IMG/VR virus record: IMGVR_UViG_3300025018_000039
Span: 1-42,650 of that record
Direction: 5' to 3' (one strand)
Length of the DNA stretch: 42,650 bases
From: a virus
Lineage: Duplodnaviria; Caudoviricetes
How positions within the stretch are numbered: position 1 is the first letter of the stretch; every line of letters starts with the position of its first letter. The position numbers and the translations under genes are program-made. Positions 27,312-37,361 of the stretch are shown here, piece by piece. The notes below the pieces were generated by a model. It did not search any database, was not told the DNA's origin, and worked only from the letters and a program-made list of their open reading frames with translations.

Positions 27312-27348
27312 ATAGACAACGTAACGAGAAAGGACTTAATCAAAAACG
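27274..27348 (-). ncRNA. Putative 3' UTR anti-Shine-Dalgarno sRNA
   Basis: Contains UUAAGUCCUUUCU and loop UGGUCCUC, complementary to phage RBS motifs (see findings). Confidence 0.5.
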
Positions 27349-28020
27349 CTACGCTGAATAGTGTGCGATACCATGCAAACCACCGTTGCCAGCAGCATTA
27401 ACATCACTATTAGGGATGAACACGGCTCCGAGGATTTTAGTACCATTAGGAGTTGTAGTAGGTACATAAGTACCACGTGGGTCTACTGTAGTTGCAGTCT
27501 GTGGATCAGTAAGAACACCAGATACAAACGTACCAGCGGCAGCGTCATCACCATCTACAGTCTCAATGATGGCAGCTTGCATACGGTAAGGAAGTCCAAA
27601 CTTTGTTCCAAACCCAAGATCAATAGTACGATCAGCAGTTGCACCAACTACTACACTATCAATCCAATAGAAGGCTTTAACACCAACTACAGGCGTAGTA
27701 CCATTAAGAGTAAAGCTTTCAGTCATTGGTTGACCAAGATAATCTTTACCATTAACAGTTACAGCACTAGTAGCAATACCATTAGCAACAACAGTTACAT
27801 TACGACCAAATGGTGCATCAGCTTCATCTAGTAGAAACGTAGTTACTGTTACTGCTTCTGCAATAGTTTGTCCACCAAGAATACCATCTGGATCAGCAGC
27901 AGCAGGTGCACCAAAGTTTACACGATGTGGTGCAGCATGAATTACATCACAAGCATAACCCATTGCTGGAACGTAAGCGTTGTAACGACGATTATAAAAG
28001 GTTGCAGTTCTTGCAGTCAT
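27349..28020 (-). CDS. Putative capsid decoration / minor structural protein
   Basis: T/A/G/V-rich beta protein in the capsid operon, just before the terminator. Confidence 0.55.
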   Translation of the reverse strand: MTARTATFYNRRYNAYVPAMGYACDVIHAAPHRVNFGAPAAADPDGILGGQTIAEAVTVTTFLLDEADAPFGRNVTVVANGIATSAVTVNGKDYLGQPMTESFTLNGTTPVVGVKAFYWIDSVVVGATADRTIDLGFGTKFGLPYRMQAAIIETVDGDDAAAGTFVSGVLTDPQTATTVDPRGTYVPTTTPNGTKILGAVFIPNSDVNAAGNGGLHGIAHYSA

Positions 28021-28031
28021 TGTTCAATTCC

Positions 28032-28343
28032 TTATTCTTCCATTACATCGGTAATAGGATCATTACCAAAGTCATAAGGATCTCCACCGGGATCAACTAC
28101 ATCGCCTGTATCCAGATCGACCATTCTTGGCCTTACGTGTAGTCCCAATTGTTTTAGCTTGGCGAAGGAAGTACAACGAAGTGAATGTCCCTGTGGAAAC
28201 TGTACATGGTAACACTCAAGTTCTTCTTCTACTTCATCATACTCCAAGCTTTTAGTTTTCTTATCTATACGATACAAGCGATAAGAAACCTTTTCTTTCT
28301 TTGGTGGAGATACTTTATATGCGGCTTTAATACGTCTAGCCAT
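28032..28343 (-). CDS. Hypothetical protein downstream of the capsid gene
   Basis: AGAGGACCA RBS. Confidence 0.7.
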   Translation of the reverse strand: MARRIKAAYKVSPPKKEKVSYRLYRIDKKTKSLEYDEVEEELECYHVQFPQGHSLRCTSFAKLKQLGLHVRPRMVDLDTGDVVDPGGDPYDFGNDPITDVMEE

Positions 28344-28366
28344 GATAGTTGGTCCTCTTAGTTAGT

Positions 28367-29317
28367 TTAGTCAATCACAACACCGTGGGTACGGTATGCC
28401 TTCCACAAGCACCATTGGCCCTGCCATACAGTACGTGAACCGTGTGCATCAGTGTCCCAAGGCGAAGAAAGCTTCTTAACTTTCATGTTTACATGCTTAA
28501 GGATGTGTACACGAAGGTACTTACTGTTAATGAAGTAGCACTTATCAGCAGGACAATCTTCATCATACAACATTGGGATGTTTTGATGTGACATGCCACT
28601 GAAACCAAGATCAACCATACCTTTACCTTTAGGCATAGTATCAAGATTGATGACTAGCTTGTCACGTACAGCAGCACGATACAAACGCCAGATGTTGCGA
28701 CCAACCAAGATCAAGTCTGGTTTATCACTCTTAAGTGTAAGATCAAGCAGTACGTCATCAAATGCTTCTTCAATGTTAGTAGCATCCAGTGCACCAGCAA
28801 AGTTGTAAGCACTAGTACGCCACTGTGTTTCAGTAGCACGACTAATACCGCCAAGTGAGCCTGTAGTTGGATCATCTGGAATAAGAGCAGGTAGACCTAC
28901 AGGGTCAGTACCACCACCAGCTTGATAAAGATAGTCACTAAACTTCTCTTTAATGCTTTCTTCCAAAACTTCCATCTTAGCTTTCATAAGCTTAAAGATT
29001 TGAGTCTTGCCCTTGTTTTCATCTTCTTCCTGATCTGAAATGATAACAGAACCAGCGACACGAGACCAGTTGTACTCAATAGTCTCAAACTCACTAGTCT
29101 GTGCAACAGGAAGCTGATCGTAGTACTCATAAGATGCAACATTCGGGTTACGTCCAAGAGTGATAGGGTTCGTAACGTGACGACCACCATCTTCGTATTC
29201 TACTCGACCAGAAGAAAACGCCCAAGCCATTAGAGCATTAGAGCGAACCGATGCCATAATCAGTTTAGCACGTGACTTCTGAACAGTAGAATGTAGTACA
29301 GTACTCAATACTGACAT
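28367..29317 (-). CDS. Major capsid protein (HK97 fold)
   Basis: Position after scaffold; GG..(I/V)..P, GL..L, GGISRA..WR, G...F.G..ipm..D..C motifs. Confidence 0.85.
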   Translation of the reverse strand: MSVLSTVLHSTVQKSRAKLIMASVRSNALMAWAFSSGRVEYEDGGRHVTNPITLGRNPNVASYEYYDQLPVAQTSEFETIEYNWSRVAGSVIISDQEEDENKGKTQIFKLMKAKMEVLEESIKEKFSDYLYQAGGGTDPVGLPALIPDDPTTGSLGGISRATETQWRTSAYNFAGALDATNIEEAFDDVLLDLTLKSDKPDLILVGRNIWRLYRAAVRDKLVINLDTMPKGKGMVDLGFSGMSHQNIPMLYDEDCPADKCYFINSKYLRVHILKHVNMKVKKLSSPWDTDAHGSRTVWQGQWCLWKAYRTHGVVID

Positions 29318-30345
29318 TATCCTAATCCTTGTTCTTTCATACTCTCTCTTACAATATCATCGAGAGATTGGTTAGCGGAACTAGAAACTTGTGTATTGAC
29401 AGACTTTACGTTGCCTTCAATTACATCACCATTGCCACGCGGCATTGGCTTTTGTTGCTCTTGCTGTTGCGGTGTTTGCTTAATCTGCTGCTCAAGAGGA
29501 GTGTTCCAGTCCAACCCTTTAGAAACAAAGCTATCGCGCAAAGCGTAATAAGCATCATCAAGTTTTATGTTGGGATTTGCGTTCACAAGTTGAGCAATAA
29601 GCCCATCGTGAAGTCTGGCATCGGGTCTACGACCGTAGAAATCGTTTACTTCGGCAACTGCTTCCTGTTCAGGGTCAGTCTGCTGTGTGGACACATTTTG
29701 CTGCTGTAAATGTTGAGCAATTTGTGCGTCCAGACCAGTAGTAATTCCATCTATTGTATAGCCTTTTGAGAGAAATTCTGCAAGCAGTTTCTTCAATGTC
29801 CCTGTAGGATCAGATTTGAAACCTGCAACAATATCTGCACCGATCTTCACTTCTGACGGATCAACACCATAAGTAGCCTTAGCTGCCTCTTCAAACAACT
29901 TAGCTTTCTCTTCTGCTTGTTGTGCTTTAGTTTCAAGAGCGGTAAGCTGTTCTTTACTTTCTACAATCTGTTTACGTGCAAGTTCACGTTGTTCATAAAA
30001 CCTACGTTCACGACCTGCATTAGCAACTACTTTGTTTGTTACAGGATTGACAAGTGCACCGTCTTTAACAATTAAGTTTTGTCCTGTAATATCTTCTTCG
30101 ATACTAGTGCTATCTGCGTCAGCAGTTTGCTGTTGTTCACCCTCTTTTGGTTTAGGAGTCTGTTCGTCCTTCTCCTGTTCCGGTTTCTCACCTTTAGCTG
30201 CATTTAACTCTCCTGTCTCTTCATCGACTGTATCATCTTCAATCTGATCTTCGGGAGCGTTCAAAGCTTCATCAATAGCACTCTGAATGTTTTCCTCTTG
30301 TGTAGGTTCTTTCTGTTCTTCTTCTTTAAGATCATCTAAGTTCAT
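29317..30345 (-). CDS. Capsid scaffolding protein
   Basis: Acidic, E/Q-rich coiled coil between portal and capsid genes. Confidence 0.75.
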   Translation of the reverse strand: MNLDDLKEEEQKEPTQEENIQSAIDEALNAPEDQIEDDTVDEETGELNAAKGEKPEQEKDEQTPKPKEGEQQQTADADSTSIEEDITGQNLIVKDGALVNPVTNKVVANAGRERRFYEQRELARKQIVESKEQLTALETKAQQAEEKAKLFEEAAKATYGVDPSEVKIGADIVAGFKSDPTGTLKKLLAEFLSKGYTIDGITTGLDAQIAQHLQQQNVSTQQTDPEQEAVAEVNDFYGRRPDARLHDGLIAQLVNANPNIKLDDAYYALRDSFVSKGLDWNTPLEQQIKQTPQQQEQQKPMPRGNGDVIEGNVKSVNTQVSSSANQSLDDIVRESMKEQGLG

Positions 30346-30360
30346 TATATTGGTCCTTAC

Positions 30361-32565
30361 TTACTGTTGTTGTGCTTGTAGTTCTTGTTCAATGGCTGCT
30401 AATGCTTCTGCTGGTGGCGCACCTTGGTCTACCATTTCTTGCAGTGATGCTTGTCCTTCTGGTGGCAAGTTAGCAATTCTAGCAGCTATCTCTGTTTTAG
30501 GGTCTTCCTGCCCTTCCTGTTGTCCTCCTGCTTGTTGTGGTTGTCCTTCTTGTCCTGAACCTGCTTTGTTCAATGCCTGCATCATAGTGTCTTTAATCAT
30601 TGCCCAATCATCATCACTAATGATGAATTGACCTTTGAAGCTTTCTTCAAGCATCTTAAGCATTACAATTACAATAGCAGGACTTGCATTTGCAAACTGA
30701 CCAAGTATCTGACCGAGTTCAATAGCAAGTGCTTTAAGTTCCTTAGCAGTAGGTTTGTTACTAGAACCACCAACTACACGACAGTTGACAAAGGTTTTGA
30801 TTAAGTCTCTAGGATCAAGTATCTGTTTCCAGTACTCTGCAAGATCAACACCTATAATCTCTGCAACATCTTCTTGTTCCCAATTCATAACACATAACAT
30901 GAGTATGTTACGCATTACATCACCTATGAAGTCCTCTATCAAATCAATACGTTCATTAGTACGAATATCCATTACGGCTCTGTAATCTTCTACAGCACTA
31001 GTATTCGTATTAGTCTTGTACTGTCCCCCTCTAGAAGCTTCATTAAGACCAGAGATACGATTGATAGCAGCTATCTTACTTTCTGTATTGAACAGTTCTG
31101 GAAACTTAAGTGCTGGTGGAGTGATAGACATGATAGCATCATTAAGAGTTTGACCATCTTCTAGATCAATCCCTCTAGCTGTTCCATCGTCACCTTTAAG
31201 CACTGCTTCTACATCATCTTGTGAGATAGCACGTTTGTTGTAAAACACATTACGCTTGGCCCACGCTCTACCTCTACGAACTTCGTCGTTAATTTCATTG
31301 ATAGCATCTTGCTGGTCTAAGTAGTATGTAACTTCACCTTTAGGGTTACTGTCATCTGGACTCTCATGGAACCACAACCTAAAGTAAGGGAAGAACCTTG
31401 GGAGGTTAAGGAAGTCATCCCAAACCCAAATAGGCCAGTCCCAATTGTTGTCGCTGAACATTAGAATGCGTCTAGTGATTTTGTCCCATACATACCATAC
31501 TTTAGTATAGCTACCATACTTAAAAGCTGTTGGGTTGTCATACCCATTTTGTTTAGCTGTCATGCTATCAGTATCAGCTTCTTTAATAGCTACAAAGTTG
31601 TTTACAGTATCATCAAGACTATTCTCATCATTGTGTTCTGTACTCAATACATGGGTAGGTTTGTAAACTGATCTAATCTCTCCACTAGCTTCGTCTCGTT
31701 CACCATATACAGCCTCTAGATAACTGGTAGGAAGGTAATCTGCTTCCATTATCCAGTTACCAGCAGCAGGATCAGGGTCCAAGTTAGCAGGATCAGTTAC
31801 AATACGATGAGGAAGCATGACTGTAGCCCAAGGACCACCTTTATCTAGCATAGAAATCTTTTCTTCTAATGCTTGCAACTGTCCTTCAATCTCTACAATC
31901 TCTTTCTTGTCTTTAGCTTTCTCTAGTTTCAATGCTAGAGTTTGTAGTTCAGCAAAGCCAGCTTCTAGACTATCTTTCTTCTTAGTAAACCCAATACGCA
32001 TGTAAGCAGAGTTTGTAAGTAGTGCAATAAGAATGGTCTTACGCATCTTAGTCTTGAGATTAATGCCTGGCTTGTCCTTCATTTCCATAAGTTTGTCACC
32101 GAGACGTTCTAACATTTCACAATAGGGTTTGTTATCTTCTATATTGTCTACAATAGCAATGTCAGGGTTTTTAGCATACAACATAGGAACCATAATACTA
32201 CAGTTAGAGAATACAAAGTTCTCTGTCTCTGTATAGTTATTATTCAACCTTTTAGCATATAGCTTGTTGCCGCTACGATCTTCTTGACCTGTAGTTCTAT
32301 GGGATTGTTGATCGTTGTTGTAATAACGAATGGTTTCATCCCAAGCGTCCTTAGCAGAACTGCGATGCTTCATTCCTTGTTGTTGTCTACCCTTCCACAA
32401 CATGCCAGTAGCTTTACTTACAGGAACCTTACTGTCACCAATCTTTTTATAGATAGGTACATCTTTCTTTTTGTTCTTGTTGTCAAAGCTTACATCAAAC
32501 TCTTTAAGTGATGCTGCCAAGTTTGGATTGTTTGCTACAGCTTCTTCATTACCTTCAAGCGGCAT
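30361..32565 (-). CDS. Portal protein
   Basis: 734 aa after TerL; LDQQDAINE segment and Q-rich C-terminal barrel typical of P22-like portals. Confidence 0.85.
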   Translation of the reverse strand: MPLEGNEEAVANNPNLAASLKEFDVSFDNKNKKKDVPIYKKIGDSKVPVSKATGMLWKGRQQQGMKHRSSAKDAWDETIRYYNNDQQSHRTTGQEDRSGNKLYAKRLNNNYTETENFVFSNCSIMVPMLYAKNPDIAIVDNIEDNKPYCEMLERLGDKLMEMKDKPGINLKTKMRKTILIALLTNSAYMRIGFTKKKDSLEAGFAELQTLALKLEKAKDKKEIVEIEGQLQALEEKISMLDKGGPWATVMLPHRIVTDPANLDPDPAAGNWIMEADYLPTSYLEAVYGERDEASGEIRSVYKPTHVLSTEHNDENSLDDTVNNFVAIKEADTDSMTAKQNGYDNPTAFKYGSYTKVWYVWDKITRRILMFSDNNWDWPIWVWDDFLNLPRFFPYFRLWFHESPDDSNPKGEVTYYLDQQDAINEINDEVRRGRAWAKRNVFYNKRAISQDDVEAVLKGDDGTARGIDLEDGQTLNDAIMSITPPALKFPELFNTESKIAAINRISGLNEASRGGQYKTNTNTSAVEDYRAVMDIRTNERIDLIEDFIGDVMRNILMLCVMNWEQEDVAEIIGVDLAEYWKQILDPRDLIKTFVNCRVVGGSSNKPTAKELKALAIELGQILGQFANASPAIVIVMLKMLEESFKGQFIISDDDWAMIKDTMMQALNKAGSGQEGQPQQAGGQQEGQEDPKTEIAARIANLPPEGQASLQEMVDQGAPPAEALAAIEQELQAQQQ

Positions 32566-34087
32566 GTCTGTGCCCTCTCTTATCTATTGTTTGTTTTTGA
32601 TCGGGAAACTCTGACCATCTTAGTAGTCTGTTAGGAAGCTTATCACTCCTATGTATAAACTGTGCAATCCTTGGACGGTTAGTCAATCCATACTTTATAG
32701 TATTCATAGCATGGTCTCTACGATCTACAGGTGCTTCTGTATATTCTGCATCCATGTCTTTTTTCCAGAAGTAATCTGTAATCTCTTCATCTATAAATGT
32801 AAGGTCATTAGAAAAGAACATCTTAGGAGAACCAAGAGCAAGAGTTATAGGGTGTCTAGCTACTGTGTCAATGTTCAAGTAACTGTTCACTTTAGCAATG
32901 CCTGTAATGATTGTATTGCTTGCTTTAGTAAATGCAATTCCTTCGTCTCTAAACAGTCCTGCAACTGTAACACCTACAACATGTTTACCAGCAGTACGCT
33001 TGAACAATGCTGGATCGGCTAATACTCTAGGAAACTCTAGAGAGTGTATAGAAAGCTGTTCAGTCTTTTTCCTAAACCGTTTAATCTCTTTAGCTATATC
33101 ACTAATGAGCATTTCTTTCTCGTACAATCCTCTGAACCAAAATACGTTGCCTGACTGATCTACAAAACCTTGCAAGTAACATGCTTGTTGTGCAAGGCCG
33201 TGATCGTATGCTTCTACTAGTGTAGGTTTGAACCCATCGCGTTCTAGTCTCTCGTAGTAATCTTCTATTACATCTTGATCTAGCATGTGTACAGCAGGGT
33301 CATAAGATGGATGAACAAGACCTTCAAAGGCTCCCCACTTGCCCAACAAATACCTATCACGCATCTGTCCAGTATAAGCAGCTTCCTGCATCTTAATAAA
33401 ATCTTCTGGAAGGTTAGCTTCATTCTCGTAAGTGCTGCCTTCAAACAGATGTATAATAGGTCCACCTTCTTCATCAACTAAGAGGTCAGGATTTTTAATT
33501 CCATTCTCTAAGTCTTGTAGAGGTTTTACTAGCTTCTTATAAACCCAATTACGTGTAGGGTTACATGCAAGTAGCATCATACGTGGCCCACTAGAAGGCA
33601 TAGTAGGATCATCACCTGCATAAGCTGCACTACCACGCATACGACCAAGTAAGTCTAAAAAGTCTTTATAAGTTATTTCAGGATCTTCAACTTGGTCTAC
33701 AACAATCAAGTCGTAAGTAGCAGACAGCAAGTTAGATGTAGAACTTTCATTCCCTTTACCTTGTTGTGCTACGTACCTAAAGTTGATTGTTGTACCGTTG
33801 ATTAGTTCTATAATGTTTTGGCCACCTGAATTAACATCACGTTTAATCCAACCTTTGGGGCACCACTTCTTAAACTCAACTCTCAACGTATCATTAAGCT
33901 TAGGGAAGGTACTACGTGCAAGTAGAATGTTAGCTTTAGGATAATCCTTAGCTATAGCAAGTGTTTTAATACACAAAGCAGCAGACTTGCCATTACCAAA
34001 ACCACCGCCAAAGATTTGTATCTTAGCATGAGACTTTTGAAACTTATCATGTAAGCTGTTTGGCTTTATTTTGTATTCTACAGCCAC
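32555..34087 (-). CDS. terL: Terminase large subunit
   Basis: GGGFGNGKS Walker A, VVDQVE Walker B, ACNP, YDHG and DHAM nuclease motifs; GTG start 34087 with GGAG RBS. Confidence 0.92.
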   Translation of the reverse strand: MAVEYKIKPNSLHDKFQKSHAKIQIFGGGFGNGKSAALCIKTLAIAKDYPKANILLARSTFPKLNDTLRVEFKKWCPKGWIKRDVNSGGQNIIELINGTTINFRYVAQQGKGNESSTSNLLSATYDLIVVDQVEDPEITYKDFLDLLGRMRGSAAYAGDDPTMPSSGPRMMLLACNPTRNWVYKKLVKPLQDLENGIKNPDLLVDEEGGPIIHLFEGSTYENEANLPEDFIKMQEAAYTGQMRDRYLLGKWGAFEGLVHPSYDPAVHMLDQDVIEDYYERLERDGFKPTLVEAYDHGLAQQACYLQGFVDQSGNVFWFRGLYEKEMLISDIAKEIKRFRKKTEQLSIHSLEFPRVLADPALFKRTAGKHVVGVTVAGLFRDEGIAFTKASNTIITGIAKVNSYLNIDTVARHPITLALGSPKMFFSNDLTFIDEEITDYFWKKDMDAEYTEAPVDRRDHAMNTIKYGLTNRPRIAQFIHRSDKLPNRLLRWSEFPDQKQTIDKRGHRHAA

Positions 34088-34088
34088 A

Positions 34089-36428
34089 TTAAGCTCCAGG
34101 TAAGTAGTTGGCAGTAGTTTTAACAGCAACACGTACATCAGCCATTTCACAAGTTGCACCTGCGGTAACTGCTTGAACTGAAACAACACCTGTTGGATTT
34201 AGATACAGTGTTGCATTATTAAGATTATTTGAGTCAAATGGTCGAAGGAACCGCACAATTTTTGGCTTGTAACCTTCTGGCAATGTAGTAATGGTTGTAC
34301 CACCTGTAACCGTTCCTGCTATCAATTGTCCGTCAAAACACAAGTCACCGTTTGGCTCTTTCCAGAAACAGAAATCACTAGATGCAGTCCAACCATTAGA
34401 CAAAGTTATATCATCAGCAGTCTTAATAATACCTATTCCACCTGTTCCTGCATCTTCGATATTTTGTAGCAAGCGGTGGTCAAAACCGTTAAGAGGTTGT
34501 GAACGTGCAAAGCTGCTAAAAGAAGTCATAGCTTGGGAAGCTTCTGTATTGGAAGCACTCATGTTGTAAGTACCTGTCTGTCCTGTACCTGTACCGAACG
34601 AAGTAATAGTCCCCATTGGATTACCACCAGTATCAAAGATACTATCTCCGACAAAGACATAATGATCTATTGTTATCGCAGTAATTGTAAGAACTGTTCC
34701 AGCAATTTCGCCTGTAAACGATGCTTGATTTGGATTTATGGCAGTACCAAAAACATCGGTTCGATCTCCTCGGAAACTGTTCCTTGGACTAAAGTAGGTA
34801 TCTTTTACTGTACTGTTTGCAATCCGCACATCAAGATTAGCAGTGCCTTGGTAAAAAACATTATCATCGGCAATTTTAACGTGAGAACAATTAGCTTGTA
34901 AGTGAATTGGAACTACTTGATTAGTGCCACCACCAAAGTTGTTTGAGTGGAATATAATATCGCGAGGTTCATTATCAACATCACCATCAACGACGATAGA
35001 AGCACCATAAGTGTTCGTGTTCGCCGAGGTAGTTTGTTCAATCTGATTGCGAATAAAGTCCCACTGACTACCAGCTTTAATCCAAGCAAAGCCATCACGA
35101 GTCTGTCCAAGATTGTCTGCAATCGTTGTTCTAAAAGCACCCGGCGACATTTCTGCAAATATAAAGCAGCTAAAACCACCAACAAGATTATTAAGTATCT
35201 TAGGACCATCAGAACAGAATAAACCAATGCCGCCAACAATGCTAGCACAATTCTGAACCGTTGGGTGATGTGTAGAAAACCCATCAATGCGAATGGCAAA
35301 ACCAGATGACGAAGATGGATCACCACCTACATCATGTCCTGAAACAACTAGCTTTTCAAGAATGGGGCCATTGTTACCGACATTCGGGCTGTTATTGTTA
35401 AGCCGGATAATGCCCATACCACCACCAGTATTAAGAAAAGCACGTAAGCCTTCAATTTTTAGACCTCGGCTGTCAGTATTTTCAATGTCAGTTATATTAA
35501 TCTCAAAAACGTAATCAGTGTTTCCACCGTCAAGGGTGCAGCCAATTCCACGCCCTTCATGGTAGAGACTAATTTGACGGTTTATGTTAATTGTGTCAGT
35601 AATGGTAAAGGCATTTATTCCAGGAGTAGGAATAACTAAGCGAGAACCTATTGGTACATTATCAACACCATTTTGAAGCTTTTCTGTAAATGTTGCTCCT
35701 TCAAAATCTAGTACATTACGGTTACTTTCCCCTACTACGATGTTCATTAAGCGTTGAGGCTTAAACTGATAAGTACCGTTGAAGAAAGCTAGTGATGCAA
35801 TCGTATGCGAGTTGCTTATGGTGTAGGTTCCAAGTCCTCCTGTACCTGTACCAAGCCCTGTAATCGTTGTACCTTCGGTTACTCCAACACCTCCTAAGGC
35901 ATCACCAACACGAATAGTACCCCATGCTAAAAAGGTTATTTCTAATGTTGTACCTGAAATGTTGCCTGCATGGACCCACTCTGACTGTTGATTGAATGTG
36001 ACAGCTTTGCCACCAAGCAAACGCCACGCACCAGCAGACAATGCTGTATCGTCTTGTTCAACTACAAGATCATCATCAGCAAGGCCGGTAAAATTCTGAC
36101 TTTCATCAGCAACATATATTCTACCATCTAGAAGCTTAATCTTATCTGATAATGGAGCAGCTTTAAGTGCAGCAAGGTTTGCAACAGGTAAATCACTACC
36201 ACTAGATGCTATACCTTCTACAGCAGTTTCTAACTCTTGTAGAGCAGTTTTAACAGAGGAATTATCAGTAATAGTTGTGCCTGTAAACGTACCTAAATGT
36301 CCTGTTAGTAAAGAAGCACCTACCAAAGTTTCTACACTGGCAGTTGAAGCTTTCAATCCTGCAATCAGTCTGCTTCTAGGATCAATAGCCCCAAAGAACT
36401 TTCTCTTGAGAGACTTATCAACACTCAT
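34089..36428 (-). CDS. Spike protein with right-handed beta-helix (putative depolymerase)
   Basis: NVLDFEGA...LQNGVD entry motif and N/G/I-rich parallel beta-helix repeats; C-terminal TLPEGYKP fibre-type domain. Confidence 0.75.
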   Translation of the reverse strand: MSVDKSLKRKFFGAIDPRSRLIAGLKASTASVETLVGASLLTGHLGTFTGTTITDNSSVKTALQELETAVEGIASSGSDLPVANLAALKAAPLSDKIKLLDGRIYVADESQNFTGLADDDLVVEQDDTALSAGAWRLLGGKAVTFNQQSEWVHAGNISGTTLEITFLAWGTIRVGDALGGVGVTEGTTITGLGTGTGGLGTYTISNSHTIASLAFFNGTYQFKPQRLMNIVVGESNRNVLDFEGATFTEKLQNGVDNVPIGSRLVIPTPGINAFTITDTININRQISLYHEGRGIGCTLDGGNTDYVFEINITDIENTDSRGLKIEGLRAFLNTGGGMGIIRLNNNSPNVGNNGPILEKLVVSGHDVGGDPSSSSGFAIRIDGFSTHHPTVQNCASIVGGIGLFCSDGPKILNNLVGGFSCFIFAEMSPGAFRTTIADNLGQTRDGFAWIKAGSQWDFIRNQIEQTTSANTNTYGASIVVDGDVDNEPRDIIFHSNNFGGGTNQVVPIHLQANCSHVKIADDNVFYQGTANLDVRIANSTVKDTYFSPRNSFRGDRTDVFGTAINPNQASFTGEIAGTVLTITAITIDHYVFVGDSIFDTGGNPMGTITSFGTGTGQTGTYNMSASNTEASQAMTSFSSFARSQPLNGFDHRLLQNIEDAGTGGIGIIKTADDITLSNGWTASSDFCFWKEPNGDLCFDGQLIAGTVTGGTTITTLPEGYKPKIVRFLRPFDSNNLNNATLYLNPTGVVSVQAVTAGATCEMADVRVAVKTTANYLPGA

Positions 36429-36763
36429 TGACTGATCCTCGCATTAATTGTTCCAGATGTATAAGATGTACAATTCCAGCTATATACTACACCAACTTCG
36501 GGTTCTGTAAATAATTCTTCACAAGGCTCTGTAAATTCTATTTCTGAAGCATTAGCAGTTACAGGTGCCCAAGTTGTTCCTTGATCGTATGACTTTTCTA
36601 GTCTTACAGTTGCATCAAAAGTTCCTCCAAGACTAAAATTGAAGTTACCATACATCTGTGCAGATGCAGTCCTACCTACACCTTCAAGTTCTTGCGACAC
36701 TTTGTTGCGACTAGTAAAGCCTACACCCTTACCATTACCACTAAGATCAACTGTTACTAGCAT
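36425..36763 (-). CDS. Hypothetical virion-associated beta protein
   Basis: GTFDATVRLEKSYDQGTTW motif. Confidence 0.65.
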   Translation of the reverse strand: MLVTVDLSGNGKGVGFTSRNKVSQELEGVGRTASAQMYGNFNFSLGGTFDATVRLEKSYDQGTTWAPVTANASEIEFTEPCEELFTEPEVGVVYSWNCTSYTSGTINARISQ

Positions 36764-37361
36764 CTTCTAATTCCTTAAATTCTGCTTCTATCAATTCAGG
36801 AGCATCTTCTTGTTTCGTGTAAACGATGTTAAGAGTCTGCATACTTTGCATATCAATCTGTACTTTGTCTACTGGTCTATGTCCTGCACGATCAAGTATA
36901 TCTTGCGAAGCTTTGAATGACAATACATCATCACCGTCTCTAGCATGTTCAATGATCTTAGAAGCAGCAGCTATTGCATTAGCTTGTATTAATGCTCTAA
37001 CTTCATCTTCTGCTTGGTGTTGGAATGTGTCTTGTGCAGCTTGAAGCAGGTCTTTATAACTCTTAGTGTTCTTAGTTCTCTCTACAATCTCTTTGGTTGT
37101 GTTAAGAGCAATTGCAGTTTGATCGTCTGTAAAACCATATAATGAGTAAAAAGCTATTACAGCGAGAGTATTGCTTTGTTTAGGAGGTACAGGAAGATCA
37201 TTTATTGTACGCCTAGTCTTAGCTACAATCTGTTGTGCTTTCTTCTCACTAGGTATCTCTATAAACATAGCATTAACATTACTAGCTACTTTACCAGTGC
37301 TAGGATCAATCAGTGTACCGTCTGCTAGACGTAAGGGTTCATTGGTTTCAGCCAGACTCAT
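36747..37361 (-). CDS. Putative terminase small subunit
   Basis: HTH-like segment, helical core, ASQDILDRAG motif. Confidence 0.6.
   Translation of the reverse strand: MSLAETNEPLRLADGTLIDPSTGKVASNVNAMFIEIPSEKKAQQIVAKTRRTINDLPVPPKQSNTLAVIAFYSLYGFTDDQTAIALNTTKEIVERTKNTKSYKDLLQAAQDTFQHQAEDEVRALIQANAIAAASKIIEHARDGDDVLSFKASQDILDRAGHRPVDKVQIDMQSMQTLNIVYTKQEDAPELIEAEFKELEDASNS

Noticed and set aside
27361-27831. + strand 156-aa ORF using AGAAAGGAC at 27327 as its RBS
   Set aside because: The GTG is more than 20 nt from the SD, the ORF is antisense to a structural gene, and its composition is shadow-like.
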